A stretch of DNA of 64,000 nucleotides from Ramazzottius varieornatus (lineage: Eukaryota > Animalia > Tardigrada): positions 992,001-1,056,000 of the forward strand of contig BDGG01000008.1 in assembly GCA_001949185.1 (NCBI GenBank), written 5' to 3'. The notes beneath the pieces were generated by a model. It had not been told where the DNA came from. It was given only the letters and a program-made list of their open reading frames with translations, and did no database searches. Position 1 is the stretch's first letter. Every line of letters starts with the position of its first letter. This document shows, piece after piece, positions 1 to 13,500 of this stretch. The translations under genes were made by a program, and so were the position numbers.

Positions 1-81
1 TCACACCTTCCTCCTTTAGATCCCAACACGCTTACGGCCTCTTATTCAGGTATTGCATATGCTGTCGATTAGAAGGTACAA

Positions 82-175
82 ATGGCGCACGCTTCCAGCC
101 CATAATTGTAGTACAGTGCGCCACTTGAGAGAACGGCGCACGCTCTCCGCCAATAATAATGAAAACGTGCGCCGC
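82..175 (+). repeat. GTGGCGCAC-N25-GTGCGCCAC element, two tandem copies (82-124, 133-175)
   Basis: Both copies have a 25-nt spacer. Confidence 0.85.
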
Positions 176-694
176 TTAAAACAGCAATCTTGCATGTTTC
201 GTTACGGAGCGCATACTGAATTGGTTGACGATTGTTTAGTTCACGGTCTAGTAGCTTGATGTTTCCGTGCAGCGTTCCTCAACGCCCTCAAACAAATTCC
301 TATCGCACCACATCAGCTGGTCTTCAACCTTCCTCACCCCACAGACGCCAGCCGTACAGCGACGAAGCCCGTTTTGCCGGCTTCGTCGCTGTACCCAACG
401 CCGTCCCCCATCTCGACTATACAGTGGCGTCCACCTAACCCACTTCAACCAGCACCTTCACCGAGCGGTCCGAGCTTATCTACGGCACAGGGTACAGTCC
501 GAACTTTACGGCGTCCTGTTGAGCTTCCCGTCGGTCCTCGTCAAGATCTGCGTGAGCCCGTGCTGACATCCCTGCTGAAAGCACAGCAAGCCGTACGTGA
601 ATGTCCTATGATATAGCGCCGTTGAAGATCTTGCACGTTTCGTTTACCGACCTCCCAGATTTTACATTGCCTAACTTTATTTTCTATCTTACAG

Positions 695-1650
695 ACAGCG
701 CCTAGCGAAGCACAGCAAAATACGCTCCTGCAGACTCCTCCAGTCCAACAAGTGCGACTCCAATACCCGCACCTTCAGTTACGGCCCCTTCCTCCAAGTG
801 TACAAGCTCAGCCGGTCCGGATCGTGCTGCCACCGCTGTATGGATCCACAGGCGTGGTTTCGCCTCCACGTCTGATCGCACCCAACCTCACCAACCAACT
901 AGGGTTTCATCCGTTGCAACATACTGTTCCTGGTCTTCCTTCCAACCTCAAAGTGGTAACACCTCCGCCATCAATGGTTAAACCCTCAGATGGAACAACA
1001 CAGACTAGACCTCTAGCGCAGTCGGCACAGCAACGTTATTTATCACAAAGTCTTTCTGGACAGTCTTTCTTGTATAATCCAAGTCGTCAAACAATAACGC
1101 CGACGTCAAGAGTCGTTTCTAGCATTCCGCAAGCTCAACAGAATATAGTACGAGTACCAATAGCTTCTACTCCGCCTTCGTCAGGACAGGCGCCTCTAAC
1201 GCTTCGCACTCTCGTCAACGCCCCTTCACCCCAGACCGGAAGCGCAGCCGTCAGAAAACACTGCTTAGGCAGAAAAACCATCACCCAACCCCCAGAAAGA
1301 ACAAGAAGAAGACAACATTCGAAACGCCTTCCACCTCAGAGTCTGAGATAGAAGAGGAGGTGGAGGTGGAGGCGGAGCAAGAGGGTCCTCGTAGAGTTCT
1401 GAGGTCAGTGTACAGGTCGAAGGAAAGAACAGCCATTGTCGATGGGCAGACAGAGTCGGCTACGGGTGTGAGAAGAAGGAGGGACTCTGATCCAGAATGG
1501 GAACCTGACGATGACCAATTCGACACATCGTTGGAAGAAGACGTCTGCGAGCCGGAGCCTGACGTACGGTCCTCATTCGTCGAACAGGAGACGGATGAGA
1601 CGGAGAATGATCCGAGTGAGTCCCCTCGATCTGCGGACGAAGGTCTTTAG
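695..1650 (+). CDS. 3' exons of an unidentified Pro/Gln/Ser-rich, acidic-tailed protein (partial)
   Basis: ORFs 752-1351 (P/Q/S-rich) and 1360-1650 (acidic, basic patch RRRR); acceptor-like sites at ~693 and ~1272; no recognisable domain. Confidence 0.4.
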
Positions 1651-1912
1651 GTATTTCGTATGGTCAACGATAGCCTGAATGTGGTGTTTCCTGGAGGAAT
1701 GGAAGAACGAGTGGAAGCTAAATTAGAACTGGTGGATCTATCGTGAAGACTCGGGCATGCAGCAAACAGGTAAGTAAGTAACCAGACAAAATTCAAGTCT
1801 GCCCCAGGAAACTTTCCGCTCTAGCAAACTGTACACCAATTTCCGCGTTTTATAGGTTGGATTCGGGGAAGAAAAGCGATTGGGTGTTATTGGTTTTCTT
1901 TTGTTTCGTTGG

Positions 1913-2189
1913 ATTCGTTGGATTTGTTGCTTGCGATCAAGAAAGCATGTTCACTTACGTCAACATTCTGATTCATACGGGCTGCCGGGCGGCCAGGACG
2001 GAAGAAGCGGAATTAGCAAAATTCAATTATCAAAAACTGACTGATGCGGCACGACGTNNNNNNNNNNNNNNNNNNNNNNNNNNNNNNNNNNNNNNNNNNN
2101 NNNNNNNGGCCGCCCGGCAGCCCGTATGAATCAGAATGTTGACGTAAGTGAACATGCTTTCTTGATCGCAAGCAACAAATCCAACGAAT
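1913..2189. repeat. Perfect 82-bp inverted repeat flanking an N gap (TIR element or assembly fold-back)
   Basis: 1913-1994 is the exact reverse complement of 2108-2189; Ns at 2058-2107. Confidence 0.85.
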
Positions 2190-2345
2190 AGAAGCCTTGA
2201 TCGTGCCCAGGAGGTCGACTGACTCGTGAAAGGTATTCGACTTTTCTGCAGAGTAATTGAGTTTAGTATGGGATTACAGACAAAACTCGATCAATTAGCG
2301 CTCGACGGTGAAGAGCTTCTACTGCTCAGGAGTGTCAGCTCTGGC

Positions 2346-3749
2346 CTAATCATTAACAGATCGATTGTTGTCCAATCCCAGTGCCGCCTGGTGCTTCTTG
2401 GCTTTGAGGCGTAGATCGACGATGCTCGAGCTCTTGGATACCATTTGAGTCGCCGAGAAGTGATTGAGCATGAAAGGTATCTGGAAAGGGTTGCTACCAT
2501 TCAGCGGTGAGAAAAATGGAGGAAGAAATGAAGGCGGAGGTGGAAGCACTGGGAATGCAGGACGCGGAAACTGCTGGAACAGATGTTGCAGAGAAGGGGT
2601 CGTGTGAGATGATCGGAAGGGAACGGGCGGTCCACTTGTTACTGTTGGCAGCTGCATGAAGCTTCGGTGGATGCTTGACTCCTGCTTTCTCGATTTCGCT
2701 CTTCGATTTTGGAACCACACCTATGTGAAGATGCACATATATTCGAACATTTCTGAAACGAGTTCGTCCAGGGCCGTACGGCGTACGCGTATCCCTCGGG
2801 CCTTCTGAAGCTTTATTGGACAACAAACAATAGATTCAAGCATTAAAATTCGGTAGCTTATGCCTGCGACCATACCACGTAGAATGCTCCCGATCCCGTT
2901 CGATCTCGGAAGATAAGCTACGTCGGGCCCGGTTAGTACTTAGATGGGTGACCGCTTGGGAACACCGGGTGTTGCAGGCTTCTTTTTAGTTTTTACATTC
3001 TCTCGCGCTCGTTTACCCATGCATCACGCAGTACGAGTATACCGCTGTGCATGACGTGATACATTTTCGCAGTTACAATTTGTTCCAAACTTTCGGAAGA
3101 AACGTAATTAGGTAAGTTATCATTCTTTATCTGACCAGATTAGATCAATGTTTTGCTACAAAGTTTTATATTTACAAAATAATCTGAAATGAGGAATCAA
3201 GAACCGTACACACGCCTGACCTAACTGTTGACATGGACTTAACTGTTGGCAGCGGAGCGAAAGCGGCATTGCTTCGAATGATTAATTGATGGGTCAACTT
3301 TGGCTAGCCCGTAACGCCTTCGCTCCGCTGCCAACAGTTTGTTCCATGCCAACAGTGAGGCCAGGCGCGTGTAAGAACTTTCGTATTACCTGTACGCGAG
3401 CTTCACTAAGTCCCAGCTTTTGACTAATATTCTCCCGCATGAAAGCATCAGGATAATGGGTCTCATCGAACAGTCTCTCCAGCGCTTGGAGTTGCTCCAG
3501 CGTGAAGTTGGTCCGGGTCCTCCGTTGCTTCAAGCGCAAAGGCTCAGAATCAAACGAGCCTTCCTTTTCCATCGAAGGTTCCCGAGAGACCGACCTTCTG
3601 AAATCCAGCGGTTCTGCCGGGTCCTTGGGCGTCGCCCTGCCGGGTTCATCACATAAGGCGACCTTCCCACAAACTTCCATGTCGACCTCAGACATTAGAA
3701 CTAAACTTTCAGAAATCGCAAACTGAAACGAGGAAGATGATTCCGGCAA
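2346..3749 (-). CDS. SHOX: Short-stature homeobox (SHOX/SHOX2-like) paired-like homeodomain protein with C-terminal OAR motif
   Basis: [33 protein letters not shown]...LSEARVQ|[14 protein letters not shown]; OAR motif [15 protein letters not shown]; intron 2721-3389 at the canonical Q|VWFQN position; start codon uncertain. Confidence 0.93.
2862..2980 (+). rRNA. 5S rRNA gene (single copy, inside the SHOX intron)
   Basis: 119 nt GCCTGCGACCATACC...GATCCCGTTCGATCTCGGAAGATAAGC...GGTTAGTACTTAGATGGGTGACCGCTTGGGAACACCGGGTGTTGCAGGCT; terminal helix pairs; TTTTT Pol III terminator at 2983-2987. Confidence 0.97.
3209..3371. mobile_element. MITE, ~56-bp imperfect TIRs, TA target-site duplication (Tc1/mariner type)
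   Basis: TA|CACACGCCTGACCTAACTGTTGACATGG...GGCAGCGGAGCGAAAGCG matches the reverse complement of CGCCTTCGCTCCGCTGCC...CCATGCCAACAGTGAGGCCAGGCGCGTG|TA. Confidence 0.75.
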
Positions 3750-4542
3750 GGGACAGAATGAACTAAAGAGCTTTATTGAGTCACATATACGTCCGATAGT
3801 TCAGGACGTATCGACTATACTACGAGGCAAGTGTATTGAAGGGGAAAAGCGAGCAAAGTACAATAATCCATTTTATGGAAGGCAGATTAAACAATAAACG
3901 TCCTGAATGCGCCTCCATTTTTGGGGAATTAAAATTAGACAAATAGCCTAATTGAATTAGTGGAGCCTGGCCTTCATCAGTTTATCCTCTTGGTACAAGT
4001 AAACTTTTCAATTTGCGGGATTGCTGGCCAATTGATGGAGAGTCGTTCCTTTAAGGGAACGCGGGATGAAAATCATGAAATGCGAATTAACATCAGTTTG
4101 GCGCTAAGTAATTTTATTAAATCACATCCTGTCATTCTGTCAAGTCGATTAGCCATTTAGCCTTTAGGCACAACGTTAATAAACATTCAATCATCCCTCT
4201 GTTCCCCCACTTCCTCCCACAAAGCAACTTCCCCCATCAACCCTAATATGACTAAACAATTACCCAACCACGCTTGAACCACCGCGTCAATTTATCGGCA
4301 AACACACAAATTTATCAAATACATACCCCACCATGTTCCCATTTACTCCACTCTTCCCTACGGCAATATTAAAAAATCATTTTCGATTTTACACTTTTCG
4401 GTACCCTCCATTTCAGCTCCTCAAAGTCATCACAATCTTTCGGTAAAAAAAACCGCACTGTTCAGTAAGACAGGAGAAACTATCCTTTGAACTCCCTTTT
4501 AGTTCCCGAAGTACAAATGGGTGATGAACAAATAATTATTTA

Positions 4543-7500
4543 TTACAGAGCGAAAGTTACTCGTTTCCGATCACTTCTCGGAGTAGCAAACAGGCTGTAC
4601 GAATGACCTTCGTCGTCGTCAGTTCGAAGGTCTTCGTAGAAAGACCGATAGCTGAACATATCGTCCACTAGAAGGGACAGCAGGGGCTTCGGTCTGCCCG
4701 CTGTTGGTCCAGGCGCCTCTGACCCCCCATTCTCCTCTAGGTTGGACAAGAAGTTGTGCAGAACGTGTCGAAGGTCCTCCTATAAACCAACGAAATATCC
4801 ATTACATAAGATGAAACCAAAATCAGTGAGGCTTGACGTACAATCTCATTGCTGATTTCCCGTAGAGTTTCGTGCCATCGATCTCCGTACAGATCGGTCA
4901 GTTCCAACGCGAAGGCCACGGCTTGGTACATCAAGAAAACGCAGCCGCGTTCTAGGATGTCCAGAAGTTTTCCGGACGTGGTTAGCCGCTTTTGCTTCTG
5001 TGCCTCACCGTATACTTCCGTATACAACGACATCGCATCCACCTGAAAACACAAAAATAACGTAGAGATGTGGGACGGGTTATCCGCTGGTACACACGAA
5101 GGTTTGTAAGGTCTAATGTTACGGTGGTTTCAGTAAATCTGTTCTCTTCGTGGCTAAAACCCAATTTTTGTGAAATGTGGAACCTTTATTTCCGCTGATC
5201 AATCAAGATCCCGATGAATTCTCTCATCTTGTTGCTCATCTGTGACGTCACCGCAGCGGGCGAAAGGACTGCATAGGACTGATCGCTTCCACTTGCAAAA
5301 GCTGTTAGTACTGTATTTTTATGTTTCGTTATCCTCTGACGATCGAGGAAGCCGTCGACTAGATTGTCGAGGCTCAATAAATCTATCTATGTTGTACACC
5401 GGGAGTTCGAATTTCTCAACGGCTTGAATCAAAGTGAGAAAGTACAGCTCGCAAGCGTTTCCTCACGTTTATTTCGAACCTAATCCGGCTTTCTTAGGTT
5501 TACCCAGGTTTCGATTATCACCCAGCCATTGGAAGGAAGGGTGAAAGATGGCTCGCCAGCCCGAAAGCGAGGACGTGCGGACGAAGACGACCATGTCCCA
5601 TCCAAACGCAAGGGAACCGCATACAAGCTTGACCGAGCCAGGATTTTGTGGAACTATCTGCCCTATGGAGTTCAGGTCGAATGTTTCCAAAACCTCGAAG
5701 CCCGAAACTGCCGACGATTGACCAGGTATAAAGGTACTTCCCTATTATACTTTATGCCGTATGTTGATCTCATTTTTTTCTCACTGTTCTCCATCAGATG
5801 GCCTCGATTGTTTGGCTTCGCCAAGATGTAATGGCTTACTGGACTAAATTGTCTGTCCTTTCCAGAGTTTCAAAGGACTGGCAGAAGTCAATGCAAGTCG
5901 TACCACGGGATAACCATGGCGTAATTTTCTTCAGCTGGTACGACCAGCTTCAAATCAAGCTAAACTCAGAAGAATGGCATGAGGGTTTACGCGAATTATT
6001 AGTATCCGGAGACGGAGAAGAAAGAAGCCAAAACTTGGAAAGCTTGTCATGGGCCAACATCTTCGGAACCCAACTGGAGAACGTCAAGCACATCATTTTC
6101 GACGGTCGCGCAGTGAGTGACGACCACACGAATCCTTTTCTGCGCTGGTCTGACCATCGAATGGGGTTCCTCAAAAAAGGTCCGCATTACGTTCCTCGTT
6201 TCACCTTGCATCGGCACAGAGTAAACGAAGCATATTACGAACCTGAATACGGTTCGGTCAGAGCAGTTTGGGCTCGTCCGATACTCACTTTGGGAAAAGG
6301 CAAAGCCAAAGTGCAGTTCGTCAACAGTACATTCCAGTTCGCGGTTGGTCTGAATGGTATTTGGAACGCACAATGGATGCCAGCTTTTGCCGCGAACCAC
6401 TTACTGACACGTATCGAAGTGAAAGGCTCGAAATTTTGGGCTGGCATGCAAGGAGGTCTTCCAGACTGGTACGAGGCCTGGTTTTGTCGTTGGATCTACG
6501 AATCGATTCGAGACAACGACCACTTGTGGCCATACCCGCCCGAACAGCTTAATTGGTTGCGTCAGTGTTTGAACATGGTTCCTGTCTGTGACGACCCGTT
6601 CGTCGTCGGTGGTCGACGAAATTTGGAAGAAGAATTAAAGAAAGGACAAAACTGGTAAGTTAACTCCTAATTTACATTACTTAAGAAGCCAATTCCAAAA
6701 AATAAGTTTTGATTTTGTTCTCGGGGTTTCCATATACAGGAAGCCGACAAACGAAACGTACAAGATCGTTACCGGAAGTGGCGCACGCTTCCAGGTAACA
6801 ACTTCGACACTTGGGAAAACAAATGAATTCGAGCACATCGTTTTCCCAAGTGGCGCACGCTCTCAGCCTATAACAACAAAAACGTTCGCCACACGAGATA
6901 GCAGGTCTTTACGTTCCGTTTGGCGGCCTCCCATTCGTTACCCGGCGCTTCGTAGGAGACAGAAGCACAAACTTCACAATATCATCCCCAGAATGAACGT
7001 AATGTTGGGTAAGCACCAGCTCGACAAGATAGAGTGCGAGATGGTGGCGCGATGGATCGTCATCACGAAAAAGCGGAGTTTCCGCCTACAAATCAAGAAA
7101 GCAGCGGTTGCCGGTTACCGCTTCTACACACCTTGTCCGGACTATCCAGACCCGCCCCATCCGCTGGTCGGAATTGAACCCCTCGTTCCTCGCACTCCGG
7201 ACCCTTTGCGAGACACGTACTGTAAGACTTCATCGCATGCTTCCTGCAGCCTTGTACACGATTTCACATCTCACTACTCACTCTGCTTCGTTACAGGAAC
7301 AGCGCGTCTGGCAAATATTCTGGTAAACCTATTGATAGCTTGACGAACACTGCCACCAGAGGGAAGTTATCCTCATATGGCCATACGGTTGACACTTACC
7401 TTTGATAGAGCTTCGATGATGGTTTTTGAGACGTAGAAGAGAGTTCCAAACGACAGAGCGGGAGAAAGACCAAGCGAAGCTGGGCTGGCAAAGCTGAAAT

Positions 7501-10500
7501 CCACGACGACTCTGGCAGACGAAGTTGACGAGAAATGATCCTGCGAGCGAAAGAATTTCAATGGTCATACCCTATCATAGATACGAGAAATTTCCAATAA
7601 AAATATATGCATACTTCTTCGGTTAGAAGAGCCGATATTCCCGGGTTTGACGCGTTCAGTACTTGTAAAGCACTAACTGCGGTAGACAGTACCAGTTTCA
7701 TGGTCGGTGTTTCGGCATTCTTCAGGTCCTCTCTCAGCTTATCCGCTCGCTTGGCGATCTGGCCGCACATGTAATGGAAGATCAGAGGTGCATGCTTCAT
7801 GCAAGCTTGGTTGAGAACGGGCGACATGGTCAGTTTACTGGCTTCTGCCATCAGTCTCGTCAGAAGTTCGGCAAGTCGGAACGTGAACATCGTCGGAGTC
7901 GTCCGAAGAGCTTCCAGCACCTGAGAACGTTACACTCAGTCAGAAGCAGGAAACAAACCAGGTTGTGCGCAATAAAATAAACTAATTAAAAAAAATAAGA
8001 TAAAACAACAGAAATCAGCAAGCTATTCTCCACCTACATACACACTTCGGTGTTTTCCTACAACCTTTAGGTATGCAGGTATATGACACAGCAAAAGTTA
8101 CACTCACATCAGGCATACAAACAAGCTGTGCGCCGATAAAGCGGACAGTTTCTTCAGTGCGTAGTTTCTGCTTCCGCAGGACATTGAGTTGAGTAGCCAA
8201 AGCCGTAACGTAGACTTCGAAGATGTCTTGTGCTTGTGAGAGTCGCTCTTTGGAGGAGGTCAGATCCTGTATGGTAACGTCTTGAAGAACTCGTTCGACC
8301 AGTAGTTCTTTGGACGCATCGATGGAAGCAGCCAGGGAAAATGCCAGACTTCCAGCGAACCCTGCTTGGTTCAATGTCGAAGCTCCCTCGTGTGTCTCGG
8401 ACAGGAAGAGAAACAGGTTTAGGAAGCGCTGAGTGACCAGCGGCAACCTTCCAGCCTGCCAAAAAACCCGATCAATAACTGATAACTGGTTCGCTGTCCA
8501 AGTAGCGCACGATAGTAGTCAATAGTAATGGGGATGTGCGCCATTTGGGATAGCGCTTAAACAATTTAACCTCCAGAATTCATATGGCAAATATTCAACA
8601 GGACACTTACCGTGACGAGGTGGACTGTGCTAGTCAGCAGGACTTCGTACACGCAGTTCTTCTGTAAAACACCTCTGACATGCTCCATAGAGAACTCTTC
8701 ACCGTCCTCACTGACCAGCCTTACACACAGCTTCATCACACCGACAGCGTAACTCAGCATGACACCCTTGACATCCTGCCCTTCGTCCCTCACGTTCCAC
8801 TCTAGGGCCGAATACCCGACCACGTCCACTGCTGCTTCGAACACTTGTCTTAGCCTGTTGGCCGGTAGACGGTCTTGCATCTCGGTTTGATCGACAACGG
8901 TGTCCAGGACCTGAAGGACCACAGCCAGGATGGCGTGTCGCGCGGTGTCGTTCCAGTTGGTCCGTTCTAGTCGTCCACACACTATGGTGGTGAACTCGGC
9001 GACAATGTGGAAGAGTGAAGCGAAGAACTGCGTATCGAAGTCAGCTCGCCAACTGTACAGCATGTCGCGCAGTGAAGAGGAAACAGCTTGAACAAAGGAA
9101 CCGCCGGTCGAAGCCAGAAGGCTGCGATTGAGTAGGACGAACATTGTGCGCGCTGCATTCCGACGGGTTTCTTGCGACACAACATCTTTCAGCTGTTCCT
9201 ACAACTCACAATTCACAACACTGAAGAAGTTAACATATCCATCTAACAGAGTACTCGAACGTTATTAAGTTTCATGAAATCGGACCCAGGCAAACAACCT
9301 CGACGAGGCCGTTTTCCCAAGAGGCGCACGCTTTCGAGCAAGGATACTGCAAACGTGCGCTATTCAAGAAAGAGCTCTTGTCGAGCTACTAATACCTCGC
9401 CAGGCTCTCAAATGTTTTTACAATCTCAGGAATACTAATGATACCTTTCGGAAGACTCGAAGATTCATGCTGGTCCACGAGACGAAGAAGCGTGTAAGGA
9501 CCTCAACGGCCATGGTTTCTTGCTCGTAGGAATGTAGTAGTCTTGGTACATCTTTGTTCAGGTGCTGCAAAGGAACAAGCTGAAAATCCAAATCAGTAAA
9601 ATGTGTTGAGCTATTAGAAAAGAATGATCTTGAATGCTTCACCATACAAAGAATATCTTTGGGAGTTGTTCGGTAACGTAAGGCGTCCAGTGAGAATCGA
9701 TCATCTCCTCGGAAAACAGGACATGATCGGCAGACTGGCTGTGAGTTTGGTGCGAGACGAGATCGAGTGCGTAAGCAGCCGGAAGTTTCTCCTGCCAAGG
9801 GATGTTTGCATCGGGAACGTCATTGAGTACGCGGAACAAAGCCTTCCAAAACTTCTCACTGAAATATTCGAAAAACTACCGATAAGTATTCCATACAAAA
9901 GACGAATTTACAGTTTATTTTCGGCAAGAAAAAGCGGAATGAAAGTACTATGGAATCCAGAATTCTGATGAGGCACCTGTCCACTTACTTCATGCTTAGA
10001 TGGTCGATGTAGTCGTTCTTCGACGAGAACAGCTCCAAGCAGAAGGCCAAAGCCGCTCCTTGAACCTCTTTAGATTCGGATGTAGCAATGCTATTGAAGG
10101 CCACATCAAGCAGGCTCGGGAAGCTCTCGATATCTTGTTCGTACTGTAAACGAAGACACTGCAAACCTATCCTCGACTCAAATAAATTACTGCGCTAAAC
10201 TCATGAAAGTTTCTTTCGAGTTTCTACGTACCTGCTTCTTTTCGGAGCTGTACTTTAGGTTGACAAGCAGATCCAACAACCTGGGCTGCTTCGAATCACA
10301 CAGCGCCAGGAACCTCCACAGGTCCTCAACCACATATGCATGCGGTGAGTTTTGCAATAGCCTGAACACGGAATGGATAAAATCGTCAGTGTCGTCCTTC
10401 GCCACAGACATCAGGGAGGGTTGCTGAAGGATTATCAGACGTGAAAGGGCTCGAACGGCGAACGAGACGACCTTGGCATCTTTGGCGTTGAGGACGAAGC

Positions 10501-13500
10501 GCATCAGCTGCTGTACCGGGTGACGGTGTATGGAGTCGCGTGTACTGACTGTCGAGATGCTTTCCATCTGCTTGGTCTTTTCGGTGGTTAGCAGTGCTCT
10601 TTCAAAAGAAGTTACGTGCAGATGTCCTTGTCTGACAGGGAGGAAATCCAGCAGGCGGGAGACAGCTTCCAGAACCAGTTGGACGAACTGGGTTTCTTTC
10701 CGTCGTGCGGCGTCGTGGACCCTGGAAAGCACAGAGATCAGAAAAGCTCGTACCGCAAACGAGGAAAAGAAGAACGAAAAATCAAAAATAAAAATACAAA
10801 AAAAGAAGAAAAAATCAAAATTCAAAAAAATGAATAATTAAAAAAACGAAAAAAAACAAGTGCACGTCACAGGTACAAAGGCACCTAGGAAAACGCAGAA
10901 AAGCCTAGATCCAACTTTTGAGGTGCATTCGAGCTTGTTAGAGAGGATAAGGACGATGGTACGCGTGTGTCAGTACTGAGTACTTTGAATCAAGGTTTCG
11001 CTTTGACGTTTGCTTCAATCTAAATTTGTTCATCAAGATAATTATATACCTATACATGTACACGTGTACAAGTTGTCCACTGTGCTGTTACAGAGAAGCG
11101 TTTAGGTAGATGTTGGTATCAATCTTACGTTTTCGGATCGTCGTTTCGGAGGAAGATGTTCAGCAGCCTATTCCCGCGGTTGAGGAGCTCGATCAACGCT
11201 TGACCAGCTGGACCTTCATACAGGCAATCACAGGCGATGGTGAAGAGGTTGGGTCCTGTCTGACTAGCTGCGCTCTCGTCCGACAACAAATCCACGACAT
11301 ACTGCACCAGCATTGTCCCTAAAGAAGAAATGAATATTGAACAGACGTCAGTTACACCTTAGGGAAAGGCTAATCGCTCTCACCGTCACTTGGGTCTTCC
11401 AGTTGTGCCAGGTACTGCAAGCCAATGTTCAACAGGAAGATGTTACTCTGCTGCAGAAGAGCGTCATTTGAAGAAGCTCCATTTTCCACCTGCAGAGGGC
11501 ATTGCAGAACAAGTTGTTATGGATGCTATTCGGGCAAACATACCTTGATAGACGAATGTAACACGCTAGCGAGTGTAGAGAAGGTCCTGGTCAGTGACTT
11601 TTGTTCGGAATCCCGACACAGCGTCTGCCAAAGCTTGGAAAACCAAGTCAGGTCGCCGTTGCGTATCCATTCAAAGTCGGCTGTTGTACGATGGACAGTT
11701 TTGGGCATGACCGGAACCAGAAGATTCAAATCGTTCACAAGCTACAGCACAAATGTATTCGTTAGAGGAAAAAATGGTTGCAATTGCTTTCTGAAATGCA
11801 GAACACCGATAACCGGAAGTCACCTGATTTCCAAGAACCGGGATTTCCAAACGACACATCTCCAAGACAGACTGAACCAGCTCATGTAACTGAGCCATCA
11901 CTGGCTTCTCCCCATTCTCTACTGCTAAAATCAGGCTACCCAACGTTCGTGCTAAATACTGTAAGACACCCTGCAAATCTCTGCCGGAGTTGCTGTCTGC
12001 TCTCACAGCAGCACAGAAGAATCGGTATATCTGCAACGTCGAGCTGTGCACGGCGACAAAACTCTCTGCAACCATCCAGCACCATTCAGAGACAAGTCTT
12101 CAAATGACAAACGTGTTCTAAAGGTACAGCAACAACGAGCCGAAGAGCACAAAAGATTTGAAAGTTTGTTACATCACTTACCTTTCCATTGCGCTAAATT
12201 CCGCTGCAGCTGCAACGCACACAACGTCCAAACGCTGTAACGGCTGGTTTCGTTGTTCAAGATCCATTTGAACTCCAATCTCAAATCCCGAATGACCATC
12301 CATCCAAAAGTATCGGCAGGAATAACAATCGCGTCTGCGAGAAAAATAACCCCATTAACAAAAAGTAGAGCGTACGAAGACTCTGATGCATGGTAGTAAC
12401 TGCTTCATCAGTCCAAGCTTACCACTCCCATAAGGTAGTCTTTTACTGTCAGCTCGGACGACCGACACCCCCCGACTTTCTTCCTTGATCAACGTAATGC
12501 TCTTGTCCACCAAGTCACTTCCCCTTTCTTCCGTGAAGGAATCTAAGTTCCACAGGATCTGGTTCAACTGTGACACTTCCGGTCCATTAGCAGGCAAACC
12601 TTCCAACAGACCAGTCGCAAATGAGACAAGATGCCTCAGCGTCTTCGGGCAGCCATCGCGCGCATCGGCCAGTAGTCGCCCCCAGTGGAAGCCCAGATCA
12701 CTTCCTGCACCTTCGCTCCATCTCTGCCAGAACCGTCGGGCTTCTTTCGGCTGCTTGAAGATCTCACCAGCGAAACTGAATAAGCTATCCGACATTGGAG
12801 CGACATTGTCTGTGCCGATCAGCCGTAAAAACTGCTCGCCAAATTCGAAACTGGAGGAGGCGAGAACGCTTTCACTGTCTCGACCAAAAACATCAGAACG
12901 AAGAAGGGTAGTTAGAATGGAAAAAGGATCGAAGTTCTTAAGCGACTGGTTGAGATTCTCCGCAGACTTTTCGTGAGCGGGCGTGGCTTCGAGCCGACCG
13001 GAGTACCATACGATGCTTGAAAGGCTTGCGATCGCTAACGAGGAACCTGGGAACGATATTCACTTGCGAGTCTAGCTTCCTCTCATCTGAACTGAGCGAT
13101 TCGGTGTTTCATGGAGCAACTCACCTGTAGGAAGTGATTCGTCCAGATATCTGCCAGCCCTATCGTCGCGAAGGAAAATAGGAACACCGATGCTGATGTA
13201 GTGGAAGGAGAAGCCAGAGAGACATAAGTTGACCTGTTGAAGAAGTTCTGTTTGCAGTGCAGCTTGCGTCGGTTCAGCTGAAATGGGAAACTTTTGCAGG
13301 GATTGTCCGGATGTCAAAAGTGGCTTGATAATCAACTCTAGAGTCTTCTGGTTCTTGGGGATCTGTCCGGAAATATCGAACAACAGCAGACACAGATCCC
13401 TAGATAAACACCAACAGTAAACATAGTGCGCGAAGTCGAGTGGGTACATGACTACGGTCACGCTGACGACGCTGACGCGCGTGACATTATCACTGACTAT

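Noticed and set aside
4543-5054. Independent small minus-strand genes
   Set aside because: They splice in frame as the last two Nup188 exons.
5798-6658. Intronless 286-aa ORF as a viral or horizontally acquired gene
   Set aside because: Better explained as an internal exon (5866-6654) of the spliced F-box gene.
10755-10860. A-rich tract producing Phe-rich and Lys-rich ORF ends
   Set aside because: Low-complexity intronic sequence; no retroposon body or TSD seen.
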